64,000 nucleotides of DNA from Candidatus Chisholmbacteria bacterium (GCA_963704905.1 CAVPHZ010000001.1:579438-643437), one strand, 5' to 3'. Positions 12,001 through 20,319 are shown, counted from the stretch's first letter. Numbers and translations are program-made. The notes: generated from the letters alone by a model not told the origin.

Positions 12001-14050
12001 TCTGGCAGTCAATGGTGACCAGATTACGGCTGATGGGGCAACTTTGACTATTAATGCCGGAGGTGCGGTTGATATTCAAGATAGTTTGACTGCTGATGAT
12101 CTCACGCTTGATATTGGTGGAGTTTCGATTGCTGGAGGACAGAGTTACACTGGGGCTGGTGCGGTGACCTTGTCATCAGGCGGAGCGGGAGCGCTAAGCA
12201 TTGATTCTGCCAGCAACACTATTAATATAGGGGCTGACAATGATCTCATTCCTGGATCTGGGACAACTGATTTAGGATCGGCTGGATCACGCTGGGATAA
12301 CATTTATGGAGGAGCCGGGAATTTTTCCGGAACGGTGACTGCTAATGATTTCTCCTGTACGAACTGTTTAGACTTTACTGAGATTGCGGACGCCTTAACA
12401 CTTGATGGATCAACAACCGTAACCATGGGCGGTAACGGATTTACCTTTAATCTGAGTGGTACTGGGGAGTTTGCCATTCAAGACGAAGGCTCTGATATTT
12501 TCCGAATTGAAGATACCAATGGGATTACGACAATCGGTGATGATCTCAATCTTTCATTTGGTGAATCGGAGAATCTTGATGTCCAGTCAACAATTACCGG
12601 TGATATCTCAACGGTTCCAGTTTCCATTACACTTACTGATAATGCAGGTGGTTCATCTGGAACGCTGTACGCGCTTGAGGTGATCAATGCCGATAATGCA
12701 GCTAACATTGGCGTACCTGATGCATTGGTTCATCTTGATAATGCTAATGCTGCAGATACGGTAACCACAGGCTTGTCGATAGAGCAGTCAGGCACAGGGA
12801 CGATGACCAATGGTCTTCGAATTTTCGAGTCGGCTGGAACTATTACTAACGGAATTGTGTTGGGATCAGCATTTTCGGTGGGAATGAATGCTGGAAACAA
12901 TACCATAGAAAATATCGGAAATGCTGGCACTGATTTCACATCGACTGGAGGATTGAATTTGGCTGGTACTTTGGATGCAGATGGACAGATTCTGTTAGGG
13001 GATGGTGGAGACTCTGCTACGATCGATGCGACGACAATTACTTTAACTGCAAATGGAGCTGGGAATGATATTTCTTTGAATATGGTGGATGACAATGCCA
13101 GTGCTTTTGATCTTCAACAAGGGACAGATAACTATCTAAATATCAACACAACTAATAATACGGAACTGATGACGATTGGGAATTCGCTTTCAAACATGAG
13201 CATGACATTTGATATTGGTGGAAGTGGAAATATTACATTCTCTGATTTCACCACCTGTACTGCACTTGAGACAAATGGGTCCGGGCAGTTGGTCTGCGGA
13301 AGTGATGATGGGGGAAGTTTGCAGAGTGCTTATGATGGTGGGAATACGATTGAAACAGCAAGTGGAAATCCGGTGGTGATTACCGAAACCACAGCTGCGG
13401 CGAGTGCTAACAATCTTTTGGAACTTACAGTTAATCCAGCTACGACAGGTTCATTCTCAGGAGATGCGCTGCAAATCACTATGGACGGCGTAGACCTCAA
13501 CTCGATGAGCGGCAATGGGCTCAACATCGTGGTAGATAAATCACAAAGCACTGGGTATCCGATTTTAATTGAAGATGATCTCTCAGCAGCACAGTTTAGA
13601 GTGGATGAAGATGGGAACGTTTTAGCAGCAGGAACTTTGGCAGTCAATGGAGATACGATCACTTCGGATGGGGCGACACTAGCCATCAACGCAGCTGGAG
13701 CTGTAGATATCCAAGATAACGTGACGGTTGATTCGCTGACTGCAGATATAGGTGGTGTTTCGATCGCAGGTGGACAAAGTTATACTGGGGCTGGGGCAGT
13801 TACACTTTCGAGTGGAGGGGCTGGTACCTTGAGCCTTGATAGTGCGGATGGGGCAATTTCACTGGCCACTGATGATGATTTCTCAAGCACAGGTGATGTG
13901 ACTTTTACCATGGCAGGTACTGAGAACTTGGATGTGGGATCATCTTTGTCTAGTGATGTTACTGTTTCTGCTGTCAATATAACGCTTACTGATAACGCTG
14001 CAGCTTCAACTGGAACAGTTTATGGACTTGGAGATAACCAATGCGGATAA
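2..14050 (+). CDS. Giant repetitive Gly/Thr/Asp-rich surface (fibre/adhesin-like) protein, segment 1; 5' end lies outside the window
   Basis: Frame is open from position 2 (LDRASAGVLN...), so the track start at 23 is not the true start. About 4,680 codons of recurring blocks (LAVNGDxITADGATLxINAxGxVDxQD, CTDCLDF, CTALETxGxGxxxCG). Ends at an apparent +1 indel near 14030. Confidence 0.85.
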   Translation, partial: LDRASAGVLNIADATATSVSIGSGGMDSVTITTNSTGDSEVVLPNDSIGTSEILDNAVTTTDLAATLTFADGDFVDLGSITNSAATNEGLRLPQGSGAFGNPSSGEGYLAYRADSNALQYYDGAAWVSLASGDASSKWTDTGQITYLTEATDDLVVGSDGGDLIAPFSIDTSANTVRIGDGGGTTDGTLNIYANDGDQGTLTMNTSDQLNLQGADLVVDQALDVDGQVDLGDGGDAITLNGTALTFTANSAGNDIDFTIVDNNTNSFNIQQGANTYFDVNTTDGFEEITFGNGTTNPDFTFSGTGILNCTDCINFDDMANNMTLDESTTVNLDANNYIINLNATGEFLVQDGGSTVFQIEDADGISTFNDDLDLNLASTENLTITNSSMTSADLVSIAATITDNNNADAMQITITDNTFSSGTARGLVIETGNGSASIDSALAINHTDTGQAMTAGIEITGDASTVITTALDVDDPEIVTALSAGANDLSGTNWSITGASGNMTLAGTLAVNGDQITADGGTLTINAGGTVDIQDAVIADSLSTDTGGVSIAAGQSYTGAGAVTLSSGGAGGLSVNSASGLVTFSTDDDLIPTLGAGDADIGASGTRWDNIFATAGDFSGTVTAVDFACTDCLDFDEFANTMTVDETTEISLGGNNFTYNLNGLGEFAIQDGGSDVFRIEDVNGITTISDDVDLTLSGTENLAITSNLGGSVDVASLVLTPSASPGTTRGIYIQQANSSNTNGLDTAFLIDNADTNLAVGTAIQISNTGGGGYTTILDTPAVDISGSGEITVPAGTGLDTNGAGGLELGVTNATAITMGSSGMTTAVDGGMTVEETFTANGQAVIGDGGDSIVLSGSTITLTANGAGNDITTNLVDNNADALDIQQGTNNYLNITTQDTIEAINFGNASTNPDYSFLGSGQTTFNGNVDTTSGLDVTGADLTVGGANFSVAQASGNITTAGTLAVNGDQITADGATLVINAAGAVDVQDNLTADSMTTDTGGVTIAAAQSYTGVGAVTLSSGGAAGLTLDSASGSVTLSTDDDLLPTLGAGNADIGSSGARWDTIYGTAGDYSGTVTANDFACTDCLDFTEFSNTLTLDEATTLTFDTNNFTFNLNSTGEFAIQDGGSDVFRIEDADGISTFSDDVDFTLTNTENVAISSTLNSDVGVVPLQVTLTDNANTSGGTLYAMQVTNADNGGGLGVPDALVRFNNANANETVPDGLIIEQSAGGTMTNALRILESAGTITNGIVLGSSFAVGMDAGGNTIENIGDTGTDFTSGGGLNLAGTFDANGQVDLGDGGDAVTVSGTVLTFSANGVNNDVTFNIVDNNTDSFDLQQGTDNYLNINTTNGSEQVTLGNSLTNASVRVDIGSSGNLTLPDFTTCTALETDGSGNVVCGADDGAVDLQGAYDGGNSIETAVATPVIITETTAAANSQDLLQLTVNPATTGTFTGDAMQITMDAADANAMTGHGLHVIIDQSQVLNGNPIYVESDAASALFTVDENGAVTTAGYLAVNGDQITADGATLTINAAGAVDIQDNVTVDQLTTDTGGVSIPDGQAYAGAGAITLSSGGAGGITVNSADGAVTFAADDDLIPTLGAGDADVGASGTRWDNIYAVAGSYSGTVTATDFACTDCLNFTEFADNMTLDNATTIALSSNDFVINLDSTGEFAIQDGGTDVFRVDDVNGVSTFSDDLDVSLAGTENLTVSNTAMTTADLLSVSGTVSDANSSDIVQITITDNTSTSGNARGLVVETGNGAASVDAAIAINHTDTGQAMTRGLQITGDASTAITTAIDVSDPEIVTALSVGANDINGSNWSLTGAGTMTLEGTLAVNGDLISADGATLTINAAGTVDIQDDLNSDSVTTDTGGVTIAAGQSYTGAGAVTLSSGGAAGLTIDSASGTIALASNDDLTATGDVTLTQADTENLDIVSTLASDVSVTPLAISLTDNASASTGDVYGFSITNADNGANVGVPDAFIRLNNANANETVADGIVIEQSGGGTLTNALRIFESAGTITNGIVLGSTFSTGIDAGNNTIENIGVAGTDFTSSGGLNLAGALDANAQVDLGDGGDSITLSGTTVTMTANGAGNDISLNMVDNNSDAFDLQQGTNNYLNIDTTDGAETVTIGNSGVVNLSVVIDAGGSGNVRIPDFTSCTAIETDGSGNLLCGTDQGGSLQEAYNGGNSIETALGTPVLITETTAVVNTQDLLQLTVNPASGGQFQGDALQITMDAADGNGMTGDGLKIIVDASQSTGDPIVVEDDGSSPLFTVGETGAVTMAGALAVNGDSITADGATLTINAGGAVDVQDNLTADSLITDTGGVTIAGGQSYTGAGAVTLSSGGGVGLFIDSANGTITFETDDDLIPTLGGGTADIGSGGARWDNLYVSTGDFSGNVTAADFICTDCLDFTEFSNSMSVDEATTIGLGNFNLTYNLDGSGEFAIQDGGTDVFRIEDANGITTISDDVDLTLAGSENLNISNITMTTDDLVSVSGTIQDTNTSDVMTINVTDNTSTSGSARGLVIETGNGTANLDSALAIVHTDSGQAMTTGISISGNPSTAITTAIDVSDPEIVTALSAGGNDLSGTNWSITGVSGAMTLGGTLAVNGDAITADGATLTINAAGAVDIQDAVTVDSLTADSGGVSIAAGQSYTGSGAITLSSAGAGDITISSAGGNVTFGTDNDLIPTLGAANADIGSVGSPWDNLYVGAGVFSGTVSAGDFSCTDCLDFTEFSNSMSVDDPTTISLGSNNLTYNLNSTGEFAIQDGGLDVLRIEDASGITTISDDVDLTFVDSENLAITSAVSSDVSTSVIGITLTDNAAASTGSLYGVSITNADNGGNVGVPDALLQLVNANGNETVADGILIQQTGGGTLTNALRISETAGAITNGIVLGSAFSVGIDAGSNTIENIGDTGTDFTSSGGLTLAGTLDANGQVDLGDGGDAITISGTAITTTASSGDVIFNLVDANPDAFDVQQGTDNYFNIDTSNNSEDITIGNSLANLTVTVDIGASGNFILPDFTSCTAIETDGSGNLVCGTDDGATSLQTAYNGGNSIETAIGSPVLITETTSAANTQDLLQLTVNPGAGGSFSGDGLQITMDAADASGMSGHGLHVIVDTSQSSGFPILVEDDGSADLLSLDENGNAILSGTLAVNGDSITADGATLTINAAGAVDIQDDTTVDSLTVDTGGVSIAAGQSYTGAGAVTFSSGAGTGLTVDSGNGVITIQTDDDILPTLGAGDANFGSAGARWDNIYGTVGDFAGAVTVAGSLAANGGITFNQATDTVGAHTAAGTYNMNTNLIENIGDTGTDFVAGGGLNLAGALDVDGAATIGDGGDAITLSGTTVTLTANAAGNDITANLVDNNTDALDIQQGTNNYLNINTQDSSEAMSFGNASTNPDFSFLGSGTTNFVGNVDAQAGLDVTGGNLTVGGGNFSVAVGSGSITTAGTLAVNGDSITADGATLTINAAGAVDIQDNVTVDQLTTDTGGVSIAAGQSYTGAGAVTLSSGGATTLTIDSADGSVTFATDDDLIPTLGAGNADLGASGTRWDNLYVAAGDFSGTVTAGDFSCTDCLDFTEFADGMTLDNTTSIALGANDFTINVNSTGEFAIQDGGVDVFRVEDVNGISTFSDDVDFAMTDSENVSVASTLASDVSVTALDVTITDNAGASGGSVYGLQVTNADNAGAVGVPDAIVRFNNANAADTITDALVIEQSGGGTLTNALRIVESAGTITNGIVLSSAFGVGLDAGNNTIENIGVAGTDFTSGGGLTLAGTLTANSTLDANGQVDLGDGGDSVNINGTTVGINATGAGNDISMGLVDNNTDALDIQQGTDNYINLNTTNNSENITLGNSTLANMSVTIDIGASGTVTLSDFTSCTALETNVSGNLVCGSDDGGSLQSAYNGGNSIETALGSQVLITETTAVGNTQDLLQLTVNPATTGTFSGDALQITMDAVDASAMTGHGIHMILDVSQSTGDIILAEEDGGPDIFRVQEDGSITTTGTLAVNGDQITADGATLTINAGGAVDIQDSLTADDLTLDIGGVSIAGGQSYTGAGAVTLSSGGAGALSIDSASNTINIGADNDLIPGSGTTDLGSAGSRWDNIYGGAGNFSGTVTANDFSCTNCLDFTEIADALTLDGSTTVTMGGNGFTFNLSGTGEFAIQDEGSDIFRIEDTNGITTIGDDLNLSFGESENLDVQSTITGDISTVPVSITLTDNAGGSSGTLYALEVINADNAANIGVPDALVHLDNANAADTVTTGLSIEQSGTGTMTNGLRIFESAGTITNGIVLGSAFSVGMNAGNNTIENIGNAGTDFTSTGGLNLAGTLDADGQILLGDGGDSATIDATTITLTANGAGNDISLNMVDDNASAFDLQQGTDNYLNINTTNNTELMTIGNSLSNMSMTFDIGGSGNITFSDFTTCTALETNGSGQLVCGSDDGGSLQSAYDGGNTIETASGNPVVITETTAAASANNLLELTVNPATTGSFSGDALQITMDGVDLNSMSGNGLNIVVDKSQSTGYPILIEDDLSAAQFRVDEDGNVLAAGTLAVNGDTITSDGATLAINAAGAVDIQDNVTVDSLTADIGGVSIAGGQSYTGAGAVTLSSGGAGTLSLDSADGAISLATDDDFSSTGDVTFTMAGTENLDVGSSLSSDVTVSAVNITLTDNAAASTGTVYGLGDNQCG

Positions 14051-17000
14051 CGGCGCAAATGTCGGCGTACCTGATTCGCTCATCTATCTCGACAATGCTA
14101 ATGCAGCTGAGACGATGGCTGATGGAATGGTGATTGAACAATCTGGGGCTGGAACGATGACCAATGCTTTAAGAATCGTAGAGAGTGCAGGAACTATAGC
14201 AAACGGTATCGTACTATCAGGTACATATACAGTTGGAATGGATGCTGGAAACAATGTCATTACCAATATTGGGAATGCGAATACTGATTTTACGTCTGGA
14301 GGCGGTTTGAATTTGGCTGGGGCTTTGGATGTTGAAGGGCAAGTTGATCTGGGGGATGGAGGGGATTCGATAGTTCTTAATGGTACGACATTGACGATGA
14401 GTGCCACTGGGGCTGGGAATGATGTGACCATTAATTTAGTTGATAGCAACACTGATGCGTTTGATATTCAAGAAGGTACGAATAATTATTTGAATATTGA
14501 TACCACCAATGGTTCTGAGCGGGTTACGATTGGAAATTCAACGGTGGCTGCTTCTTCGATTACCTTGGATATTGGAGGATCTGGAAACTTTGTACTCTCT
14601 GATTTTACTTCCTGTACGGCACTGGAAACCAATGGTTCTGGAGTGTTGGTCTGCGGAGCTGATGATGGAGGAAGTTTGCAGAGTGCGTACGTAGGAGGGA
14701 ATACACTTGATATCACATCTGGGGAAGGGGCTTTAGACATTGATCTGCAGAGCGCGAATATGGATATCGAGGTTGGAGAAGGAACGGACACCGGGAATTT
14801 TAGGATCTGGGATGGGGCGAGTAATTGGCTATTTATTGATGAAGCGAGTGACACTATGGCGGTTGGGGGAGCAGCTGGAGGTGGGCTGACTTTGGATGCA
14901 GGGAATGGAAATATTAACTTGGGAACAAGTGCAAATCCTCGCACCATAAATATTGGAACTGGGACTGGAATCGATACCATTAATATGGGAACTGACGCAA
15001 CAGCAGCGGATATTATTTCGATTGGAAATACGAGTGCTGGAGCTGTAACCCTTTCGGGTGGAACCAACTCGCTGATCGATTTCCCCAACTTTGATGTGAG
15101 TACAGCGGGAACAGTTACCGTTGCTGCGGGACAAAGTTACACCGGATCCGGAGCTCTTACACTTTCTTCTGGAGCAGGAACAGGACTTACCATTAACTCT
15201 GGTACAACTGGAGCAATTGCTCTTGGGGATGATGCCAGCGCTGAGACGATCACTCTTGGAACGGGCGGTGCTGTTAAGACGGTAACGCTTGGTTCAACTA
15301 ACACCACTTCGGCAACGACGGTTCAATCTGGGACTGGAGATCTGACGTTCTCCTCAACCGATGAGATTATCTTCAACATGGTCGACAATAATCCCGATGC
15401 ACTTGATATCCAGCAAGGGACGGATAATTACATCAATATTGATACCACAAACAACTCGGAATCAATCACACTGGGAACATCTGTTGGAAATCTGGGAATA
15501 ACTCTTGATGTCAATGGAACCGGAGTCATCAATCTTCCTGACTATACAACCTGTACTGCACTCGAGACGGATGGATCCGGGAATTTGACTTGTGGTACTG
15601 ATGAAGGCGGGAGTTTACAGGGGGCATATGAGGGTGGAAATACCATAGACATTACGGCAGCCGAAGGAGCATTGGACTTTGATTTGCAGAGCGCTAATTT
15701 CGATATCGAAGTTGGGCAAGGAACGGATACAGGGAACTTCCGGATTTGGGATGGGGGAACAAACTGGTTCTACATCGATGAGGGGTCGGATACCATGGCG
15801 ATTGGGGCGGCAGCCGGTGGAGGGTTAACACTTGATACGGGTGGCGGTGGAATCGACATCGGAAGCAGTAACAACGTGCGGACGATCAACATCGGAACCG
15901 GAACAGCGGTTGACACTATCAATATCGGAACGGGAGCAACCGGAGCAGACATCATTAGGTTGGGAGTGCCAACGCAGGGGCGTTGATCGATCATCGGTGG
16001 AGCGAATTCACTCATTAACTTCCCCAACTTTGACGTTTCAGCTGGGGGAGAAGTTACCGTTGCAGCTGGCGCTGGTATCGATACTAATGCCGCCGGCACT
16101 CTTGACTTGGGAGTGACAAATGCGAATGCGATTTCGGTCGGTCAAGCAGGTATGACAACAACGGTGAATGGGGCTTTGACGGTAGCGCAAACGTTAACTG
16201 GTCAGGGAACTTTAAGCCTAGGAGATGGCGGGGATGCGATTACTATGTCCGGTACGACGGTGGGAATTACCGCAAACGGGGCGGGCAACGACATCTCCCT
16301 TAACTTGGTTGATGATAATGTCGACGCGCTCGATATTCAGCAAGGAGCAATCAATTATCTTAACATCACTACCTCCAATGGCGCTGAAATGATGACGCTC
16401 GGAAATTCAGCGTTAGCTGCGGCTTCGATTACTTTTGATCGAGGGGCGACCGGGAATCTCATCTTTACTGATTACACCAGCTGTACGGCGCTTGAGACAA
16501 ATGGAACGGGCCAGCTGGTTTGTGGAACAGATGATGGTGGAAGTTTGCAAAGTGCCTATGTTGGGGGAAATACTCTTGATATTACCGCTGCCGAGGGCGC
16601 GCTTGATATTGACCTACAGAGCGCCAATATGGACATCGAGGTCGGTCAGGGGACGGATACCGGGAATTTTAGGATTTGGGATACGGCTGCTAATTGGCTT
16701 TACATCGATGAAGGCGCTGATACGATGGCGATTGGGGCGGCGGCCGGCGGAGGATTGACAATCGATACAGGCGGGGGAGGAATTGGTATTGGCACCAGCA
16801 ATAATGCCAGGGCGATCAATATTGGTACCGGCACTGCGGTGGATACAATCAATATCGGAACAGGAGGGACTGGGGCAGATGTAATCACGATTGGAAACGT
16901 TGACGCTGGAGCGTTAACTATTATTGGTGGGACAAATTCTCTTATTAACTTCCCGAATTTTGATGTTTCTACTGCTGGTGAAATTACTGTGGCTGCTGGT

Positions 17001-17480
17001 GCTGGTCTTGATACCAACGCAGCTGGCACTTTAGATCTAGGAGTGACAAATGCGAATGCGATCACCATTGGAGACACCGGAGTAACAACCACCAATGCAG
17101 GAGCACTTACCGTGACCGAAACTTTTACTGCAAACGGAACATTTGACGCAAATGGCCTGATTACTGCTGGAGATGGTGGGGATGCAATTACTCTGTCTGG
17201 AACAACTTTGACATTTACTGCCAATTCGGCTGGAAATGATATTACCTTTAACATGGTTGATAACAATCCTGATGCGTTTGATCTTCAACAAGGGACGGAT
17301 AGCTACATCAACATCAATACCTCGGATGGTGCTGAAGTAATGACTATTGGCAATTCGATTACCAACACTTCAATCGTGATTGACCGTGGTTCGAGCGGGA
17401 CGTTGACGCTTTCCGATTACACCGGCGGAGGTGCAGGGTGTACAGCGCTTGAGACCAATGGTTCAGGACAAGTGGTGTGT
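920..17480 (+). repeat. Degenerate intragenic protein-level repeats, long unit roughly 450-860 aa and shortening towards the C-terminus
   Basis: CTAxETxxxGxxxCG motif at ~4150, 6470, 9060, 11620, 13260, 14610, 15550, 16480, 17440. CTD/NC motif at ~926, 1886, 3248, 4895, 7208, 8168, 10699, 12356. Copies are diverged at the DNA level. Confidence 0.85.
14022..15986 (+). CDS. Giant surface protein, segment 2 (continuation after frameshift)
   Basis: Removing one G in tatggacttGgagataacc (~14030) restores YGLEITNADN, matching the YGxxITNADN motif of upstream repeats. Same repeat vocabulary continues. Confidence 0.75.
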   Translation: MDLEITNADNGANVGVPDSLIYLDNANAAETMADGMVIEQSGAGTMTNALRIVESAGTIANGIVLSGTYTVGMDAGNNVITNIGNANTDFTSGGGLNLAGALDVEGQVDLGDGGDSIVLNGTTLTMSATGAGNDVTINLVDSNTDAFDIQEGTNNYLNIDTTNGSERVTIGNSTVAASSITLDIGGSGNFVLSDFTSCTALETNGSGVLVCGADDGGSLQSAYVGGNTLDITSGEGALDIDLQSANMDIEVGEGTDTGNFRIWDGASNWLFIDEASDTMAVGGAAGGGLTLDAGNGNINLGTSANPRTINIGTGTGIDTINMGTDATAADIISIGNTSAGAVTLSGGTNSLIDFPNFDVSTAGTVTVAAGQSYTGSGALTLSSGAGTGLTINSGTTGAIALGDDASAETITLGTGGAVKTVTLGSTNTTSATTVQSGTGDLTFSSTDEIIFNMVDNNPDALDIQQGTDNYINIDTTNNSESITLGTSVGNLGITLDVNGTGVINLPDYTTCTALETDGSGNLTCGTDEGGSLQGAYEGGNTIDITAAEGALDFDLQSANFDIEVGQGTDTGNFRIWDGGTNWFYIDEGSDTMAIGAAAGGGLTLDTGGGGIDIGSSNNVRTINIGTGTAVDTINIGTGATGADIIRLGVPTQGR

Positions 17481-19826
17481 GGCACAGATGATGGTGGTGT
17501 GCCAAACTTTGACGAAGTTTATGCAGAGTCGATTACCGATGGAAATCTGACGATGGAAATTGATAATGCGACCGGTTTGACCTATGACTTGACGACAACC
17601 GGAGACTTCACGATTGCTGATAACGGTACGCCGTTTGTTACGTTTAATGATAATGGAACGGTGACGTTTGATGGCGTTTCCACATTTAACACAGATGTGA
17701 ACATGACGTTTGCGGATACCGAAAATCTGCTGATTGCTTCAACTATGAGCGATGATGTGGCTGCAATTCCTTTGAATATCACGCTTACCGATAATGCCGG
17801 AAGCTCAGGCTCAACTGCCTATGGTTTACAAGTCACAAATACCGACAACGGAGCGAATGTCGGAGTTCCAGATGCGCTTGCCCGTTTTGCCAATGCCAAT
17901 GCTGCGGAGACTATGGTAGACGGTTTGCTAATAGAGCAGAGCGCTGCCGGTACATTGACCAACGCGCTCAGAATTTTAGAGTCGGCGGGAGCTATCACCA
18001 ACGGGTTGGTATTATCTGGGACGTTTGGTGTAGGCATCGATGTAGGGAGCAATACTATCGAGAACATTGGCAATAGCGGGACTGACTTTACCAATACTGG
18101 AGGCTTGACTTTGGCCGGGACGTTGGATGCCAACGGTCAGGTCGATCTGGGAGATGGCGGGGATACCGTAACCATAAATGGAACAACTGTCAGCATCAGT
18201 CCTACCGGCGCAGGTAATGATTTAACGATGAATTTGGTTGACAACAACACAGATGCACTTCTGATTCAAGAAACTGCCGGCGGAGATGACTATTTGGTAA
18301 TCAATACGACAAATACCACCGAGTCGATTGTTTTTGGAAATACCGGTACAAATCCCGACTATTCATTTGTAGGTACTGGGCAGGTGACTTTTTCAGGTAA
18401 CGTGGATGCAACTAACGGTCTTGATGTGACAACAGCCAATTTGACCGTGGGAGGAAGCAATTTCTCCGTAGCACCAGGAACTGGGAATGTTGATACTCAA
18501 GGGACCATTCAAGCCGGTTCAAGTAACATCACCATTACCACTTCGGCAGGATACGTTGATGCTGACGCCATACAACTTATTACAGGTGATGGAACGGGTT
18601 CGACGAGTTCAGGTTCCGGACTTGAAACGGATACAGACCGCTTGGGATTGCTGCAAGGTTGTGATGATTTGGATGTATTGAAATGGGATAACACGGGAGC
18701 TGTGTGGGAGTGTGCGGACAGCGGTACGGATACGGTTACACCAAATGTATATACAGCCGGAGGTACTTGGAACGAGCCGTCCGGGATGCGCTATGCTCAA
18801 GTGATTGTTACGGCCGGCGGCGGCGGTGGCGGAGAGGCTGAGTGCGGAGATACTGGTTGTAGTGCAGCTGGAGGCGGAGGAGGAGGTGGAGGTACTTCTA
18901 TTGAGGTTTTGACAGTTGCTGAGACCGGTTCTTCAGAATCGGTGACGGTTGGGGCTGGCGGGGCTGGGGCAACCTCAAGTGATGATGGCAGTCCTCAAGA
19001 CGGCAGTGCCGGTAATTCGTCTGCATTTGGCAGTCATCTTTCGGCAACAGCTGGCGGTGGGGGAACTGGCGCTGCGACCAATGGAAATGAATCTGGAAAT
19101 GGAGGAGCTGGAGGACTGGGGGCTACGGGGGATGTGAATCTGTATGGTGGTGATGGAGCACCAGGATCAACCGGAGCCGAGGGACCGGTGGGAGGATTTG
19201 GTGGCGGTACATACTGGGGAGGTGGCGCTCCAGGACCAGATGTGAGCGGCTCCGGGTCTTCAGTTGGCTTTGATGCAAACAATTATGGAGGCGGAGGAAG
19301 CGGTGGTGTAGTTGAAGATGTTATCGCTAATCTGGATGGAGGTGACGGACAAGATGGCCTGGTGGTGGTTTTCTCCTACATTACTAGCGGTGGAGACGTA
19401 GCTGAGTGGTATGAAACTAAGGGGGATGTCAAACCCGGGGATGTAGTGGCAATTAGTTCTGACTTTATTGAATACGAGTCTCTAGCTGGCGGGCTTCAAA
19501 AAACCTCAATCTTAGAAAAAGCAAAGCCAGGAAGCAGTGTAGTGGGAGTTGTTTCATCGATGCCATTCTTAGTGGCCGGTGGAGATTTACTTGGAGCAAG
19601 CGCACAGGCAAAGCCAATTGCTTTGGCAGGTAGAGTTCCAGTGGTTGTGAGTATGGAGAATGGAGAAATTAAAGCGGGTGATCATTTGACGCTTTCTTCA
19701 ACTGCCGGGGTGGCGATGAGGCAAACCAAAGCTGGCGTTTCGGTGGGTAAGGCGCTTGAGGATAGTGAGTGCAAAGAAGGAGAAGAATGCCGAGTGTATG
19801 ATTTTGGTGAATACCTCTTATACTAA
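15987..19826 (+). CDS. Giant surface protein, segment 3: repeats, Gly-rich domain and peptidase G2/IMC-like autoproteolytic chaperone domain
   Basis: Same frame as segment 2, resuming right after the TGA at 15984-15986 (track ORF 16107..19826). Gly-rich region ~18740-19380. GDVAEWY...PGDVV...VVGVVS...IALAGRVPV...GDHLT...VGKALE at ~19390-19760 resembles the peptidase G2 IMC domain. Confidence 0.75.
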   Translation, partial: SIIGGANSLINFPNFDVSAGGEVTVAAGAGIDTNAAGTLDLGVTNANAISVGQAGMTTTVNGALTVAQTLTGQGTLSLGDGGDAITMSGTTVGITANGAGNDISLNLVDDNVDALDIQQGAINYLNITTSNGAEMMTLGNSALAAASITFDRGATGNLIFTDYTSCTALETNGTGQLVCGTDDGGSLQSAYVGGNTLDITAAEGALDIDLQSANMDIEVGQGTDTGNFRIWDTAANWLYIDEGADTMAIGAAAGGGLTIDTGGGGIGIGTSNNARAINIGTGTAVDTINIGTGGTGADVITIGNVDAGALTIIGGTNSLINFPNFDVSTAGEITVAAGAGLDTNAAGTLDLGVTNANAITIGDTGVTTTNAGALTVTETFTANGTFDANGLITAGDGGDAITLSGTTLTFTANSAGNDITFNMVDNNPDAFDLQQGTDSYININTSDGAEVMTIGNSITNTSIVIDRGSSGTLTLSDYTGGGAGCTALETNGSGQVVCGTDDGGVPNFDEVYAESITDGNLTMEIDNATGLTYDLTTTGDFTIADNGTPFVTFNDNGTVTFDGVSTFNTDVNMTFADTENLLIASTMSDDVAAIPLNITLTDNAGSSGSTAYGLQVTNTDNGANVGVPDALARFANANAAETMVDGLLIEQSAAGTLTNALRILESAGAITNGLVLSGTFGVGIDVGSNTIENIGNSGTDFTNTGGLTLAGTLDANGQVDLGDGGDTVTINGTTVSISPTGAGNDLTMNLVDNNTDALLIQETAGGDDYLVINTTNTTESIVFGNTGTNPDYSFVGTGQVTFSGNVDATNGLDVTTANLTVGGSNFSVAPGTGNVDTQGTIQAGSSNITITTSAGYVDADAIQLITGDGTGSTSSGSGLETDTDRLGLLQGCDDLDVLKWDNTGAVWECADSGTDTVTPNVYTAGGTWNEPSGMRYAQVIVTAGGGGGGEAECGDTGCSAAGGGGGGGGTSIEVLTVAETGSSESVTVGAGGAGATSSDDGSPQDGSAGNSSAFGSHLSATAGGGGTGAATNGNESGNGGAGGLGATGDVNLYGGDGAPGSTGAEGPVGGFGGGTYWGGGAPGPDVSGSGSSVGFDANNYGGGGSGGVVEDVIANLDGGDGQDGLVVVFSYITSGGDVAEWYETKGDVKPGDVVAISSDFIEYESLAGGLQKTSILEKAKPGSSVVGVVSSMPFLVAGGDLLGASAQAKPIALAGRVPVVVSMENGEIKAGDHLTLSSTAGVAMRQTKAGVSVGKALEDSECKEGEECRVYDFGEYLLY

Positions 19827-20217
19827 CGGCGTTTTGGTTCGTGAGACCATGAAGAGTGATGGACTCGAGCTTGATACTATCCCCGGAGATTTGGATTTTG
19901 GAAGGATGATACTTTCTCAGATGATTCGGGAGAAGCAGGATTTTGTTGCTGAATCAACGAATGTTTCTGAAATTTATACAGATAGGATTGGGGCTGGAAT
20001 TGAGATTATTACACCACGAGTGACGACGGAGAATTTGGCAGTTAACCATATAGAGTCTGCTAGCGGAGAAGGAATTGTTGTCAAACTTTCAGAGGGAGAA
20101 GCGCTGGCTGTCATGAACAGCGAAGAAGAAGAAGTGATGAGTTTTGACTCGCTCGGAAATGCGACGTTTGCTGGAACGGTTACTGCAGATAGATTTGAAG
20201 CTCCACGATACGACTGA
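19756..20217 (+). CDS. Giant surface protein, segment 4
   Basis: Removing the extra T at 19797 (cgagtgTatgatt) gives ECRVMILVNTSY, a continuous read. Contains SEIYTDRIGAGIEI...FDSLGNATFAGTVTAD. Confidence 0.6.
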   Translation: MRIVSAKKEKNAECMILVNTSYTNGVLVRETMKSDGLELDTIPGDLDFGRMILSQMIREKQDFVAESTNVSEIYTDRIGAGIEIITPRVTTENLAVNHIESASGEGIVVKLSEGEALAVMNSEEEEVMSFDSLGNATFAGTVTADRFEAPRYD

Positions 20218-20319
20218 TATCCTTTCTACTCTGGATTTTGAGAGCACGCCGAGTGCCAGTTTAGCCTTACTTAACCACTTTGCCAGTTTGCAGGAGACGT
20301 TAACGGCGACTCAGGACTT

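Noticed and set aside
15984-15986. In-frame TGA between two same-frame ORF segments, suggesting stop readthrough or genetic code 25
   Set aside because: Comparison with the paralogous repeat (ADVITIGNVDAGALTIIGG) shows the TGA arises from a local -1/+1 indel pair. TGA is a normal stop elsewhere (51801, 56884, 59163, 60183).
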